Source: Cirrosporium novae-zelandiae | Taxonomy: Eukaryota | Direction: 5' to 3' | Length of the DNA: 64,000 nucleotides | Assembly: GCA_026023565.1 (NCBI GenBank) | Contig: JAPETS010000014.1 | Coordinates: forward strand, 248,001-312,000 | Part shown: one piece after another, positions 13,522-25,998 of the stretch | How the letters are laid out: every line of letters begins with the position of its first letter | How positions within the stretch are numbered: position 1 is the stretch's first letter | Notes under the pieces: model-generated | What the model saw: the letters and a program-made list of their open reading frames with translations, nothing else | Told to the model about the DNA's origin: nothing | The model's database searches: none | Translations under genes and position numbers: made by a program

Positions 13522-14133
13522 TTAAGCGCGAGCAGATCCACTAGATAGAAGTAAAACGCAGGTCGCGATGATGGCTGTAGCAACGATGGTAAAGACAGTT
13601 TGAGTCTTCCATCCGCTCTGAACTTTTCCTTTTCTCCTTCCATATTTCCCCACCGTTTTCACATAATTGGCGACTCCGTTGATCAAACATGCGAGGGCCA
13701 GGACCCAGAAAATGATGCCTAGGGGAAGCGCATATCGTTTCTCGAGAGGGGTGGCCTTGTGCTGGAGATGGAAGGAGAGGAGGATTGCGGAGGATACAAT
13801 AGCGAGGTAAATGGAGAGGCGAAGGTAGGAGAGGAAAGTGCGCTCATTAGCTAGATGGTCTCGAGCATCGGAGGCGGTATTAGGGAAGAGTAGAGGCGCA
13901 GAAATGGGGGGTGATAGGAAGAGGTGAACAGGAGAAGGAGTAGTTGGATCTCTGGATAGAGGGGGGGGGGACATTATGGTTAGCCAGGTATGTAAAATAT
14001 GAGTTCAAATGAATGGAAAGTTCAGATGGAGGGCTCACTTGTTGACGAGGATAGCTTTCTTGGTGAAATTATTGTACCATGGTCGATAAGAATTGACTAG
14101 ATCTTCTTCGTCGGAGATAATAGCGTCGGGCAT
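13522..14133 (-). CDS. DUF202 (YidH/Vtc1-like) three-TM membrane protein; 2 exons
   Basis: ARDHLANERTFLSYLR signature followed by three hydrophobic helices; exon 1 starts MPDAIISDEED at 14133 and has a GTGAGC donor. Confidence 0.85.
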
Positions 14134-14965
14134 GATGGGAATGTGGTGGAGACGTTCCGATAGTGATGGAGACTCAATTGGAAACTCTTGCCACGGCCTG
14201 TCACTCATTCAAGATTCAAGACTCAAGCTGTCAAAGCTGTCGTCGGTGTAACTTTGTAACCTTTTAACTCTATCTCTCCCTCGCCCTTGAAAGAATTGTT
14301 TTGAATGGACTAGAAATCTTTCATCTTTCGCGATAAATATGATAGGATGACTTACTCTTTAATGATGACTTGAGTCCTTGTCAGTTTGAAGTGTTCCGAA
14401 GATGGATCTCCAGGACTAATAATTAGTCGGATAGGAATGCCAACTCCGGAGATTCAAACCAACTTTTTCGGGTCAAGTCTTTGAATCTTATCAACCTGCA
14501 TTTTCCTGCTTTTCTCATTCTCCCCCGCCAGTCCTTCCCTTTACCAGACCTGCCAAACTCCTAGAGGCCTTGGATTGTCGCCCAATACCCCCGTTGCAGG
14601 ATTTAATTCCGATCATGACTAACGCCAAATATAATATCTCTAACTCTCTAATAGATAAACATACCCTTTCCACCCTTTCCCTCTACTTCGTCTGCTGCTT
14701 TCTGTTTCTTTAAGAAAGCTTTCTCCCTTCTCCCTTCTTGTTGAGAATCTTCAAGCCCATCATCCAGTTGTGACTAGGTACCTTGTTTTTGACCTCATTT
14801 TAAAACTCTTGTCCCGAGCGCAAAAATTTGGCCTCTTTTATTTGCAAGCTACATTTAAGTTCTCTTTCGGCTTAGGTTCTTGGGCTATTAGTCCATGTCG
14901 CTCTAATTGACCGAGAGAGCAACTCAGTCACGGTCCATTTTTTTCTAGACCCCAATCGCCTGAAC

Positions 14966-17129
14966 ATGGCTCCTTCAGCCAGTCACCCAATTAATTACCA
15001 TCGCTCTGAATCTCTTCATCCCTACGCCAGCTCTTTTCCATCTATATCCCCAATTGCCCAAGTTTCCATACAGCGCGACCTTGACGCTGCATATGACGAC
15101 CCTTTTTACAATACCTCTGATGCCGATGATGAAGGTGAATCCGATACCGCTACCCTTCGTCCTTCGACCAGCGCTCCGGGGGCAGGTGGGTACTTCATGG
15201 CAGGTTCATACCGCCGACCTAGTTTTGCCTTACCACCTGGACGTGGGGCTGTCCTTACTAATTTTCGAGACTTGGATAGAAAGCCTCGGTTAACAGTAGC
15301 AGAAAGAGATGAGGGGATAGCAGAAGAAAGAAGCTTGTTAAGGGACTGTAATGTCATCCCTCCTAAGCATCCTAGAATGGGAGAGCAGTCAGAATCATTG
15401 ATCCATAAACTGCACAAAATAACCTCAATCCCTGGTGGGGATTTGAGAGTAATGAGCCCGAGCGTGCGGGCCGACGATAACTTACCACCTGAAGCGCCAG
15501 GTGAGACCACAGCTCTTCTTGGAGATCCCGAATTACCATATGGTGGACATGACTCACCAACAACAATATCCAAGAAGTGGGAAGAGGCCTTGGCTGCGGG
15601 CATAATACATACTACATGGCAACGAGAGGCTAAGACTCTTTCAAAGTACTCTGCGCCTTTGATTGTGACTTTCGTGTTACAATATTCTCTTACAGTTGCT
15701 AGGTGAGTCAAAAATTCCAACTTCAAGCTCAAACGCACCACAGCGCTGGGATATTAAGTTCACATATATTTCAATTGAAGCATGTGGAGGCTCTTCTACC
15801 TGTAGATAGATAGAATAATTTCCCAATATCTGTGTATATACCTAGAAATACCTTTTAGGACTAACATTATCTCCCAGCATCTTCACAGTTGGCCACTTAG
15901 GTCCTGTATACCTCGGTGCTACCTCCCTTGCCTCAATGACCGCCAATATCTCTGGCTTTGCCATCTATCAAGGCCTCGCGACGTCACTTGATACGCTCTG
16001 TGCCCAAGCGTATGGCTCTGGTCGACCTACCCTTGTTGGCCTTCAAACTCAGCGTATGATTATCTTTCTCCTGAGCATAACTATCCCAATCGGAGCTGTC
16101 TGGATCGCGTCTCCATGGATTCTTAGGTGCATGGTCCCCAATCCCGAAACTGCTCGCTTGGCTGGTCAATATCTTCGAATACTTCTCTTTGGTGCACCTG
16201 GCTATTTGTGCTTTGAGTCTGGCAAACGGTATGTACAAGCGCAGGGCCTCTTTTCTGCCTGTCTCTATGTTCTCCTCTTTTGCGCTCCTTTTAATGCCGT
16301 AATGAATTGGCTCCTTGTTTGGCACTTCAAAATTGGCTTTATCGGAGCGCCCATCGCCGTTGCCATCACCGACAACCTGCTTCCGCTCTGCCTCCTTCTC
16401 TACATCCGAGTCACAAATTCCACCAAATGCTGGGCCGGCTGGTCGCGCCGCTCACTCCAGAACTGGGGTCCCATGATCCGACTTGCACTCCCTGGCGTCT
16501 TAATGGTCGAAGCAGAAGTTCTGGCTTTCGAAATACTTACACTCGTAGCCGCATATTTTGGCACTGATGCCCTAGCAGCACAATCGGTCCTTAGCACCCT
16601 CACTTCTCTAACTTTCCAGCTCCCCTTTCCGCTATCCATCGCTAGTTCCACGCGAATTGCCAACCTCATAGGAGCTACCCTCCCGGGCGCCGCCAAAGTG
16701 ACCGCGCGGGTTGCGCTCATTATTTCCGTTTTCATTGGCATATTGAATTCTTCGATTCTCTTCATTTTCCGCGATCAAATCCCCCTCCTATTTACCTCCG
16801 ATCCCGGCGTCGCTAATATCGTGAGATCCCTCCTGCCCCTGTGCGCAAGCTTCCAGCTCTTCGATGCACTGGCTGCAAACACGAATGGAATCTTGCGAGG
16901 CTTGGGTCAGCAGAGCGTAGGCGGATGGGTGCAGCTCGGATGTTACTACGTATATGGAGTCCCCGTGAGTTTGTTGCTGGGTCTGGTGGGTGGCTGGGGG
17001 CTCTGGGGGCTCTGGTTTGGTGTCGCCACTGCACTCGGTCTCATATTCCTTATGGAATTCATCTTTTTGAGTAGGACGAGTTGGGACAAGAGTGTTGAAG
17101 AGGCAAGAAAGAGAAATGCGATGTTTTGA
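14966..17129 (+). CDS. MATE family efflux transporter (ERC1-like); 2 exons
   Basis: GLATSLDTLCAQAYG, STRIANLIGA and GILRGLGQQ MATE motifs; long hydrophilic N-terminus; intron ~15702-15877. Confidence 0.93.
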
Positions 17130-18011
17130 TGGGGAAGCGAAAAAAAAGGGACAAGGCAAGCAAAGGGAAACTACAGTGTTTTATTTGTTGTTCACTGTTT
17201 TTTTTTTTTGCATCTCATGAGGAGTTTTCAGGGCCCCTCTTGTTGATTAGAAATTATTATTGAAGAAGGTATGGGAAAAAACGAGTATTTGATGACTTAT
17301 GTGGACGAGATTTTCCTTGTAATACATGCGGACTCTATAATGTTGATTTGATAATGAAGTAGTTTAGAGATATCCATGAGCTAACAATTTCAAGTTTTTT
17401 ATGTCGTGTTTGATTGTTTTTTTAAAAAAAAAAGGTTGATTATACCCACTCCGAAGCTATACACACATATGCATACACATAGATATATCTATCCAACCAC
17501 GTAAAAGAAAATTACAAAAGTTGAAATTAAACAATACCCACCAAGAGTCCCCCCCCCCCTCCCGATTCCATCCCATTCCCATTCCAATTCCAATTCCAAT
17601 TCCAATTCAAAAACGTTGACATCGATTTTACATGGCTTTTCCTCCCTCATACCTAGTTATATTTAGATATATATGTAATTATATATTACACATATCTTTT
17701 AATTAATAGTCTAACTATGGGGATGGATATCTAGAACTCGGATTACTTTTTTTTACACTTGGGGGGGTGGATAGGTGGGTAGGCTTAACTGATTCGTTGA
17801 GTACATGCACACACGCAGGCTTCATAAATGTTTTTTTGTTCCCCCTGTACACTTGTTGTTTGGGATGTTTTGTCTAGGTACTACTACTGCTGCTGATTTT
17901 GATTGATTGATTATGTTTGGACACAGGATAGCTCATGCTATCCTAGGATTGGGTAGAGAATCCCATAACTTATCCGTCCTTTCTCTCGTAGGTATAGATA
18001 GATAACATCAA

Positions 18012-19070
18012 TCAGTATTCCAATATCGCCCACGTCTGATCGTCCACGGTGGTGTAGATCAACCCCTGCGCCAGCAATTCGTCTCCTCCCTTCAGCACAT
18101 CGTTCACCTCCATTCCAACCGCACTTGCTATGTGCTGAACATGCAGACCCTCATTGTTCTGCGGGGTGTCCTTCAGTGCCGCATACACCCTTCTCCCAAC
18201 GACGCTAAGAGCCGGTAGGGGTTTCCCAGTCGGTGTGGAGCCATAGCCCGCTCCGGGGCCGACATTGCTGTAGCTGGCACTACCAGCATTGTTGTCGAAA
18301 CCGGTATTGTTGGCTGTGTCTGCACCGCTCTTGTTCAAGGGGTGTCCTGGAGCCAATTCCGGTGGTCCCTTCGTGAGATACAAATGTACGTAGGCGGCTT
18401 CCAGTAAGTGATATGGAATTTCGTTGTAGTTGTCTAGTGGCCGTATCACATGTGCACCCACATGTCTCTTGTTGTTGAAAGCCTTCATACGACCCCAGAC
18501 GCGCGCATATGCGTTCTCAACGAGGGCTGGTTTGCCGGAGTTAGGATCGGGAGCTTGGGGCCCGCCGGTGTCGGGGTCTATCCATTGCTTGACGTCGATG
18601 GTGCCTGTGCCGTCGTCTAGGCGGTAGGTTATATTTGTTGTTTGGGTGGAGATGTTGCGGATTTGGCCGACGAAGGTTATCTGGGAAGGGGGGTTAGATG
18701 GTAGAGTTGGTGGTTGGGAGCGGGGGTTATGAGGGAATGGTAGGTACTTGGGTGATCTCCTGGCCGTCAATGCGGAAATCGGCGTCAGGGTGGGATTGTT
18801 GCGCAGTGAGCACTTGCTTGATCGTTACGGGGCGGAGGGTATCTCTGGAGTAACTGCCCTGAGGAAGAATCAATTGAAGCCTGAGTATGTGGGAAGTAGA
18901 AAATGGAACCTACACGGCCGCTTGGGCTTGCTTGACTCCCACCTCCGTCCTGGTTCATGAAGCCGCCGCCTCCTGCCCCACCTTGGGCGCCGTAGGATGT
19001 GTACTGGTAATCTGGGAAATAACCATTAGCAATTGATCAAGGGAGTCAGGGTTGCTACATGCAAACCCAT
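18012..19070 (-). CDS. RFA2: Replication protein A 32 kDa subunit; 4 exons
   Basis: MDYQYTSYGAQGGAGGGGFM N-terminus, LRPVTIKQV, OB fold ITFVGQIRNI...YRLDDGTGTI, and winged-helix C-terminus GLIYTTVDDQTW. Confidence 0.95.
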
Positions 19071-19321
19071 CGCTATAATTTGAAGCCTGATATCTCTAAG
19101 ACTTGGATGGAAAGGCTCTATTTCCTGTAGATGTGGGGAAAACCAGCAAAGTTCAGTGAACGTGTTTTCCCATTAAACGCGTTGACACGGTTTACACGTG
19201 ACTTTATGCTATCGGAGAATCCAACCACCGACAAGACTTATCGATTTTTGAAACTTTTTTTGAGCTTTGTTGCTTTTTAGTTACAAGAGCTATCTAATTT
19301 TTCTCAAAACCCATTGTTGCC
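19071..19321. promoter_or_regulatory. Short bidirectional RFA2/DBP10 promoter with MCB, E-box and RRPE/PAC-like motifs
   Basis: ACGCGT 19177-19182, CACGTG 19195-19200, CTTATCG 19237-19243 and TGAAACTTTT 19249-19258. Function is inferred from yeast motifs. Confidence 0.6.
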
Positions 19322-22072
19322 ATGCGTCGCCGGGCCTTATCGCCGGCACAGTCCGAAAACGAATTCGACCTTTCCAAAGCTATATTTGCGAACTCGGATG
19401 ATAGCGACAGCGAAGTTGATTCTCTGCTGCCAGCTTCCAAACCTAAAGCACAAGCTCCACACGACCTTAGCATATTTGATATAAATGGTGGGGATGAGGA
19501 AGATGGGGAAGATGATGAGGCCTTTATTGCTGCACAGCAAGCGGCCTCGAATCGCAAAACTAGTAATGTCAAGGGGAGAAGTGTGAAAAAAGGCGGCGGC
19601 TTTCAAGCTATGGGACTTGGTGCGAATTTACTCAAAGCAATTACACGGAAAGGTTTTAGTGTTCCGACTCCCATACAACGGAAGACGATCCCTACAATCC
19701 TAGATGGTCATGATGTGGTTGCTATGGCTAGGACTGGGTCAGGGAAGACTGCCGCCTTTGTGGTACCTATGATCGAAAAATTGAAAGCACATAGTGCAAA
19801 ATTTGGGGCGCGAGCATTGATACTGTCACCAACCAGAGAATTGGCACTACAGACCTTGAAGGTGATTAAGGAGCTCGGCAAGGGAACAGACCTGAAATGT
19901 GTTCTGGTAGTTGGTGGTGAGAGTCTCGAACAAGAGTTCGGACTTATGCTTGCCAATCCGGACATTGTCATAGCAACTCCTGGAAGATTTGTGCATTTGC
20001 TGAAAGATATGAGCCTGGATCTATCGTCTGTTCGCTACGTATGCTTCGATGAAGCTGATCGGCTATTCGAAATGGGGTTTACTGTTGAGCTGACGGAGAT
20101 TCTACATTCCCTACCTGCATCAAGGCAGACGCTTCTGTTCTCTGCTACTCTTCCACAGTCTTTGGTTGAATTTGCAAGAGCAGGTCTACAGGAACCCAGA
20201 CTTGTTCGATTAGATGCTGAGAGCAAGATATCACCTGATTTAGAGAGTGTGTTTTTCACCGTCAAGTCTGCAGAGAAGGAGGGTGCACTCTTCCATATCA
20301 TCCAAGATGTTATTAAGATACCCCTGGGTGAACCCGAAGGTGCAAAACGAGCCAAGGAACACGAAAGTACGAAAAACCCGAAGAAACGGAAACGGGGCGA
20401 CATGGAGGGCCCCAAAGCAAACGAAATGCCTACACCTCATTCAACTATTATATTTGCTGCTACAAAATACCACGTCGAGTATCTCACATCCCTTCTCCGC
20501 CTATCTGGTTATGCTGTTTCTTACGCCTACGGCACTCTTGACCAAACTGCCCGTAAGACCGAGGTCCACAATTTCCGCTCTGGCATGACAAATATTCTTG
20601 TCGCTACCGACATGGCAGCTCGCGGGATTGATATCCCCATTCTTGCGAATGTCATTAATTATCACTTCCCATCCCAGCCCAAAGTCTTTGTTCACCGTGT
20701 AGGTCGTACAGCGAGAGCAGGCCAGAGAGGGTGGAGCTACAGTCTCGTACAAGAAGCAGATGCACCATATCTTCTTGATCTACAATTATTCCTTGGTCGA
20801 AGACTGGTTGTCGGTAGGAACACTGAAGCCAACCCAAGTTGCGCTGAAGATATCGTCTTGGGAGCTCTATCTCGCGACGCGGTCGAACGTAATAGCGAAT
20901 GGGTCAGCAAACTCGTAGAACAGAACACAGATCTCGACGCACTATGCACAACAGCTACTCAAGGTGAAAAGAAGTACAAAACGAGAAATAATTCCGCATC
21001 TCTAGAAAGCGCTAAGCGTGCTAAAAAGCTCGTCGTTTCGGACGGATGGAAATCACTGCATCCGCTCTTCGAGCATGAGGAGGCCGATCAGATAGCTGCT
21101 GCAAGGGAAAAGATGCTAGCCAAGGTCAGTAATTTCCGACCGAGTGAAAGCGTATTCGAAATCGGGCACCGGGGAGGGGCAGGCGAATTGGGCGAGGTGA
21201 TGCGGAAGGTTCGAAAGAACATTGGTGCCAAACGCCAAAGACAGGCCGAAGCTGAAGAGAAGGAACACGTGAATGTATCCGAAGATGAGGATGATGCTCC
21301 TAAACGTGCTATCACCTCATTCTCCGACGACGACGAAAAGGGTGAAGATGAGAACTTCTCTGACTCTGACTTCGAAGTCACTATATCCAACCCTGCTGCT
21401 CCCTCATCCAAACTCCCCACCTCCGCCTCCGCCTCCTTCCGCGACCACTCGAACTACATATCCTACCACCCACCAACTGCGCCCATCGAGTCTATCGCCT
21501 ACGGCGTTCACTCCGGCGGCGCTACCTTCCTCTCCGCGGCCCAATCCGCAACTCTCGACCTCCACCCAGATGAAGCCGGCAGCGCCGAAAACAAAGGCGG
21601 CCGCGGTTCCGTCAGATGGGACAAAAAGCAGCGGAAGTATGTACGCAGGATTAACGACGAGGATGGGAGCAAAGGCGACAAGAAAATGATAAAGAGCGAA
21701 AGTGGGCAGAGGATCGCCGCATCGTTTAAGAGCGGCCGATTTGACGAATGGAGGAAAAAGAATCGGATTGGTAGAATGCCGAGAGTTGGTGAGGCGGAAA
21801 ATACCACTTTTGAGAATGTTTCGCGTGGCGGACAGATGGGCGGGAATCGCTTCCGACACCGGCAGGAGAAGGCGCCGAAGGAGGCGGACAGGTATAGAGA
21901 TGATTATTTGACGCAGAAGAAGAGGGTGGCCAATGCGAAGGAGAAGAGAATCGGGAAGTTTAGGGATGGTACAGGGAAGAATGAGATTAGGGGTGTGGAG
22001 GATGTGAGGCGGGAAAGAAATTTGAAGGAGAAGAAGAAAGCGAAGAATGCGAGGCCGAGCCGGAAGAGGTAA
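19322..22072 (+). CDS. DBP10: ATP-dependent DEAD-box RNA helicase DBP10 (60S biogenesis)
   Basis: [10 protein letters not shown]-motif, [29 protein letters not shown], and the DBP10 C-terminal WDKKQRKYV...[21 protein letters not shown]; no intron. Confidence 0.96.
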   Translation: MRRRALSPAQSENEFDLSKAIFANSDDSDSEVDSLLPASKPKAQAPHDLSIFDINGGDEEDGEDDEAFIAAQQAASNRKTSNVKGRSVKKGGGFQAMGLGANLLKAITRKGFSVPTPIQRKTIPTILDGHDVVAMARTGSGKTAAFVVPMIEKLKAHSAKFGARALILSPTRELALQTLKVIKELGKGTDLKCVLVVGGESLEQEFGLMLANPDIVIATPGRFVHLLKDMSLDLSSVRYVCFDEADRLFEMGFTVELTEILHSLPASRQTLLFSATLPQSLVEFARAGLQEPRLVRLDAESKISPDLESVFFTVKSAEKEGALFHIIQDVIKIPLGEPEGAKRAKEHESTKNPKKRKRGDMEGPKANEMPTPHSTIIFAATKYHVEYLTSLLRLSGYAVSYAYGTLDQTARKTEVHNFRSGMTNILVATDMAARGIDIPILANVINYHFPSQPKVFVHRVGRTARAGQRGWSYSLVQEADAPYLLDLQLFLGRRLVVGRNTEANPSCAEDIVLGALSRDAVERNSEWVSKLVEQNTDLDALCTTATQGEKKYKTRNNSASLESAKRAKKLVVSDGWKSLHPLFEHEEADQIAAAREKMLAKVSNFRPSESVFEIGHRGGAGELGEVMRKVRKNIGAKRQRQAEAEEKEHVNVSEDEDDAPKRAITSFSDDDEKGEDENFSDSDFEVTISNPAAPSSKLPTSASASFRDHSNYISYHPPTAPIESIAYGVHSGGATFLSAAQSATLDLHPDEAGSAENKGGRGSVRWDKKQRKYVRRINDEDGSKGDKKMIKSESGQRIAASFKSGRFDEWRKKNRIGRMPRVGEAENTTFENVSRGGQMGGNRFRHRQEKAPKEADRYRDDYLTQKKRVANAKEKRIGKFRDGTGKNEIRGVEDVRRERNLKEKKKAKNARPSRKR

Positions 22073-22613
22073 TCAGGAAATACATATATATATATATGTA
22101 TATACATGTGTGGTCTACGACATAAATGAGGATATGAAAAGAGTAAATAATTCGAACGTGGGTATCCCATGTTTATCATGGAGAACTATTGTTCTGAGAT
22201 TTTGCGCTATTCCATCCAGCCACCCAGAGGGTGCTATATGTACCATACCCCCCAAGAGCCCACAACACAAAAGCAAACAACCCCCATACAGAAAATACCC
22301 TTTTCCATAGAAAAAAAAGGCTTCCAGCCGTCCATTATGCAAACAATCTTCCACCTCCACGTAGTCTAACCCCCCCCCCCCGAGCTCCACGGAGCATATA
22401 CCAAAGCAAAAAAAGCCCAGACCACTTTTCCAAATAATACGTAAAATGGACCAACAAACAAATCAAAAAAAAAAACTCTTCATGGGGTTGGAATGGGATT
22501 TGAAACTTTTCTGGTTGTGTAGAGGGAGGGAAAAAGAAAAAAAAGAGAGAGTGAGTGGTTTTGTAGATGGTGCAAAAAGAGAAGAAGAAGAAAAAAATTA
22601 TATTATTTTTTTA

Positions 22614-22721
22614 CTCCCCCACGTGGGCTTGAACCACGAACCTCCCGGTTTAATCTGTTTTTATGTCCTTGGGAGACATTGTTTAACAGCCGGACGCGCT
22701 AGCCAATTGCGCCATGGAGGA
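22614..22721 (-). tRNA. tRNA-Asn (GTT) with a 34-nt intron at position 37/38
   Basis: Minus strand reads TCCTCCA-TG-GCGC AATTGGCTA GCGC-G-TCCGG CT GTT A [intron 22683-22650] A CCGGG-AGGTT-CGTGG TTCAAGC CCACG-TGGGGGA-G. All four stems pair, intron AACAG is complementary to the anticodon loop, and a T-run lies downstream. Confidence 0.95.
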
Positions 22722-22933
22722 TGGATATAGGACTTGCTATTGGTTGAAAAGACGATTGGATTTGTGATATATATTGAATGTTTCGTATGTCAGTAATTTT
22801 TTTTAAAAAACAAACGAAAACTGAAGGTGGGCCCCGTGTTGAATATTGTGGGGCTCGAGAGGGTATGAACCCTAAAAATTTTCAAAGCTTCATTCAGTAA
22901 GAGTATTTATGTATTGTACTGTACAACAAGCCA

Positions 22934-25357
22934 TTAACATCTTTCAAAAACCCGATATAAGCCTTTCAAATCTGCCACCTCGATTACTCCTTTGAGTAAG
23001 CCCTTGGTTGCTACAATACGAGCTCGAAAGGCAGGAAAGAGGGTATGCTCGATGACGTAAGCGAGTTCCTCTCGCCGTTTCTGAAGTAATTCTTCCGCTC
23101 GGTCTTTGGGATCCGAGTTTGAAGGACCCAGAGGCTTTGGGGATGAACAACTGACTGGACCAGTGCTTTCATTTCCCACATTCTTATCAGCTGTTGTGGA
23201 CATAGGCCTCGCCGGAAGCTGCTCTGGCGTGTAGAATGCAGCAAGCTCATGGAGGAATGTCCTGAAACATTCTTGCTCATTGGTCCAATTTATGCAGGGG
23301 CCGAGGCGGAGAAGGAAACGAGGAAGTTTAGCTATCGATGGAGTATATCCCTTCAATAGCAGCGGTATGCTCTCGAGATCACCGTCATTGGTGAATTTAA
23401 GAGAGAAGTATTCGGAGAGCATGTCACGGCGACCGAGTATGTGACTGAGTATTTTCCGAGGAAGAATAGTGGTGTCAATTGGTGAAGAGGTATCATTTTT
23501 GGAAGCTTGAAGGTCCTTGTCTTTGGCGGCGGCGATTTGCAGAAGGGAGAGGGTCGAAAGGGGAGGATCAAAGCGAATTTCACCAAAATTGCCAAAATCG
23601 GTGAGACCAAGTTGATAGAAGAACTCGTTTGAAATCATGCCGTAGTCAACGAGGAGAAGTTTGACTCCCGCTTGGATAGCAGCGATACGGCGATTTGAAT
23701 CAACGATACCAATGAAAGTGTGGGTGGAAAGCATATTGCTGAGTGGTGTGTGAAGAGCCTCGCGAACTTCAGCGCGGAGATGCTTAATGCTGGCTAGGCG
23801 ACATTGGGTAGGGACGCGATCGGGAGATATGGTATATGATTGTGAGAAAGATAACTGCGGTGTCAGCTGTGAGACGGCAGATGGGGAACCGGGAGGGAGC
23901 ATAGATGTGATTTTGCGTAGGTTTGGATCGGTCCGGACGAGGTTATTATCAGAACGCTTTCTGGTCGTAGAAGGAGAAGGGCCAATTTGCCGATGGGGGG
24001 TCTTTGGAACATTCGTTGCGGAGCCAGATGCCCGTACGGGACTCTTAAAGTCTCTACCCTCCTCTGAAGTGATGGTCGGAATCCTAGTGGTGCCGGGTAG
24101 AAGAGTCTGGGTCATGAATGTGCGGCTAGTATCTACCTTGGCAAGCTCTGCTCGTATTATTTCACATATCTGTTCGATGATTTCATCTTCGTTCAAGAAG
24201 TTGACTTCTCGTTTTGTTGGGTGCACATTTACGTCTATACGCTGGGGCTCAATCTCTAAACTGAGATACACGAAGGGATGGCCACCTTTAGGAAGAAACG
24301 TCGAGTACGTCTGCTCGATAGCCTTTTTCAGGGCCGAGGACTCCACTGAACGGTGATTAATGAACAGAAGGAGGGAAAGGCGTTTGGCATGGTAATTTGC
24401 ACTGCTGGAATATCCTGTAGCCTTGAAACCCCAGGCATCCGAGCTAGATTCGAAAGGCAGAAGTTCGTTAGCGACAGCAGCTCCATAAATTTGCCGGATA
24501 CGATCAATGATTTTCGCATGAGATTGTGTGGAGATTCCCATATTAGAGTCTCCATGCTTCTTGCAGGAAAACGCAACTCCGGAGCAGTGTATGGCATAGC
24601 GGCCAACCAGGTCAAGAATTTTGGCGTATTCCTCACTGGATGACCGAAAGGCTCGACGGCGTGTCGGCACATTGTAAAAGAGATCTTCGACAGTGATTTG
24701 AGTCCCTCCTCGGCCAGCACATGCCTTTGGGTCAGGAGACTGCCCAGGTTTCGCAGGGACTAACTTTCCATCGGCATAATGAGCTCTCCAGGCGCAACTC
24801 GAGTCTGCTGTCTTGGTTGTCACCGTCAAATGGGCGATATGACTAATACTTGCAAGAGCCTCTCCCCGGAAACCATAAGTAGTCATAGAGGAGAGGTCCT
24901 CAAACGCTTTTAACTTCGATGTAGTAAACCTTTCACAGAGAATAGGTAGATCGTCTCTCTTGTCAATAGGTTAGATTTAGGTATTATAAATGTATAGGCT
25001 TGGTATAACATACGTTGATCCCATGACCATTGTCTGTGATCTGTAGAAGCTTGAGTCCACCGTCTTTGACCAGAATCTCTAAAGAAGTTGAGCCAGCATC
25101 AACAGCATTTTCAATCAATTCTTTCAGCGCGTGCATAGGAGCAACGATGATTTCCCCAGCAGCAATCTTATTGATGACATCTTGTTCCAGGGCCTACAGC
25201 GGGTACTAGTCAGATCAACTTTAATATTATTATTACTATTACCGCAGATCAAGGTTACCTTGATTCTTCTAGGAGCTTCAGAAGGAAGATTCGCTTCGTC
25301 TGCTTTCCTCTTGATTCCTCTTGGCCCTTCCATGTCAATATCCATTTGTTCGGCCAT
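22934..25357 (-). CDS. MLH1: DNA mismatch repair protein MLH1; 3 exons
   Basis: [29 protein letters not shown] and [16 protein letters not shown] motifs; invariant C-terminus LYRVFERC. Confidence 0.98.
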
Positions 25358-25998
25358 TTCAAATTCCCCACGAGGACTTTTTGAGTGCAAAGTACTTTTT
25401 ATATAATGGTTGCTTGTTTGATGATTTGCATTGGACGGAGACTGAAGAGGGAGGAATAGACCAATAGCGGAATATCTTGGCAATATGGAGTAATTACATG
25501 TCTTGTGTAAAGTGAGAAGGTACAGGTAAGGTTCCACGGCTTCCCAACGCCACAACGCCTAAGCTCACAAGCTTGCGGAGATAAGGTATTCGTGTACTCA
25601 AGTACTTCATCATTCTTTCTCCTTCTTCTCCTCCACCACAATTGACTTGTCAAAATCTTGTCGAGATATCCATGTTCTCGCTGGTGTGATTTTTGATATC
25701 TGTCGCTCATTTATAAGATCCAGTACGCAACTCGAAATATCGAGTAAGCCGAACGCTCTCATTGTCTCCACCCACCATTAGTTCTAGTAAGGGCCTCCTC
25801 CACGATCCATCCGCCGAGGATCATCTAACCTGCATATAGATAGCTTCTTCTTCTCTTTACCATACACACCTTTCCTTTTCCTTAGCTACATAGAGTGACA
25901 AATATCCTCTGAGAGGTCGCACTTCAGTTTCGATGGTCCTAATGATCCAAACAATTTCTCGGAGCTTACACGTATGTAATAGCCGCAGCCCATAAGTC

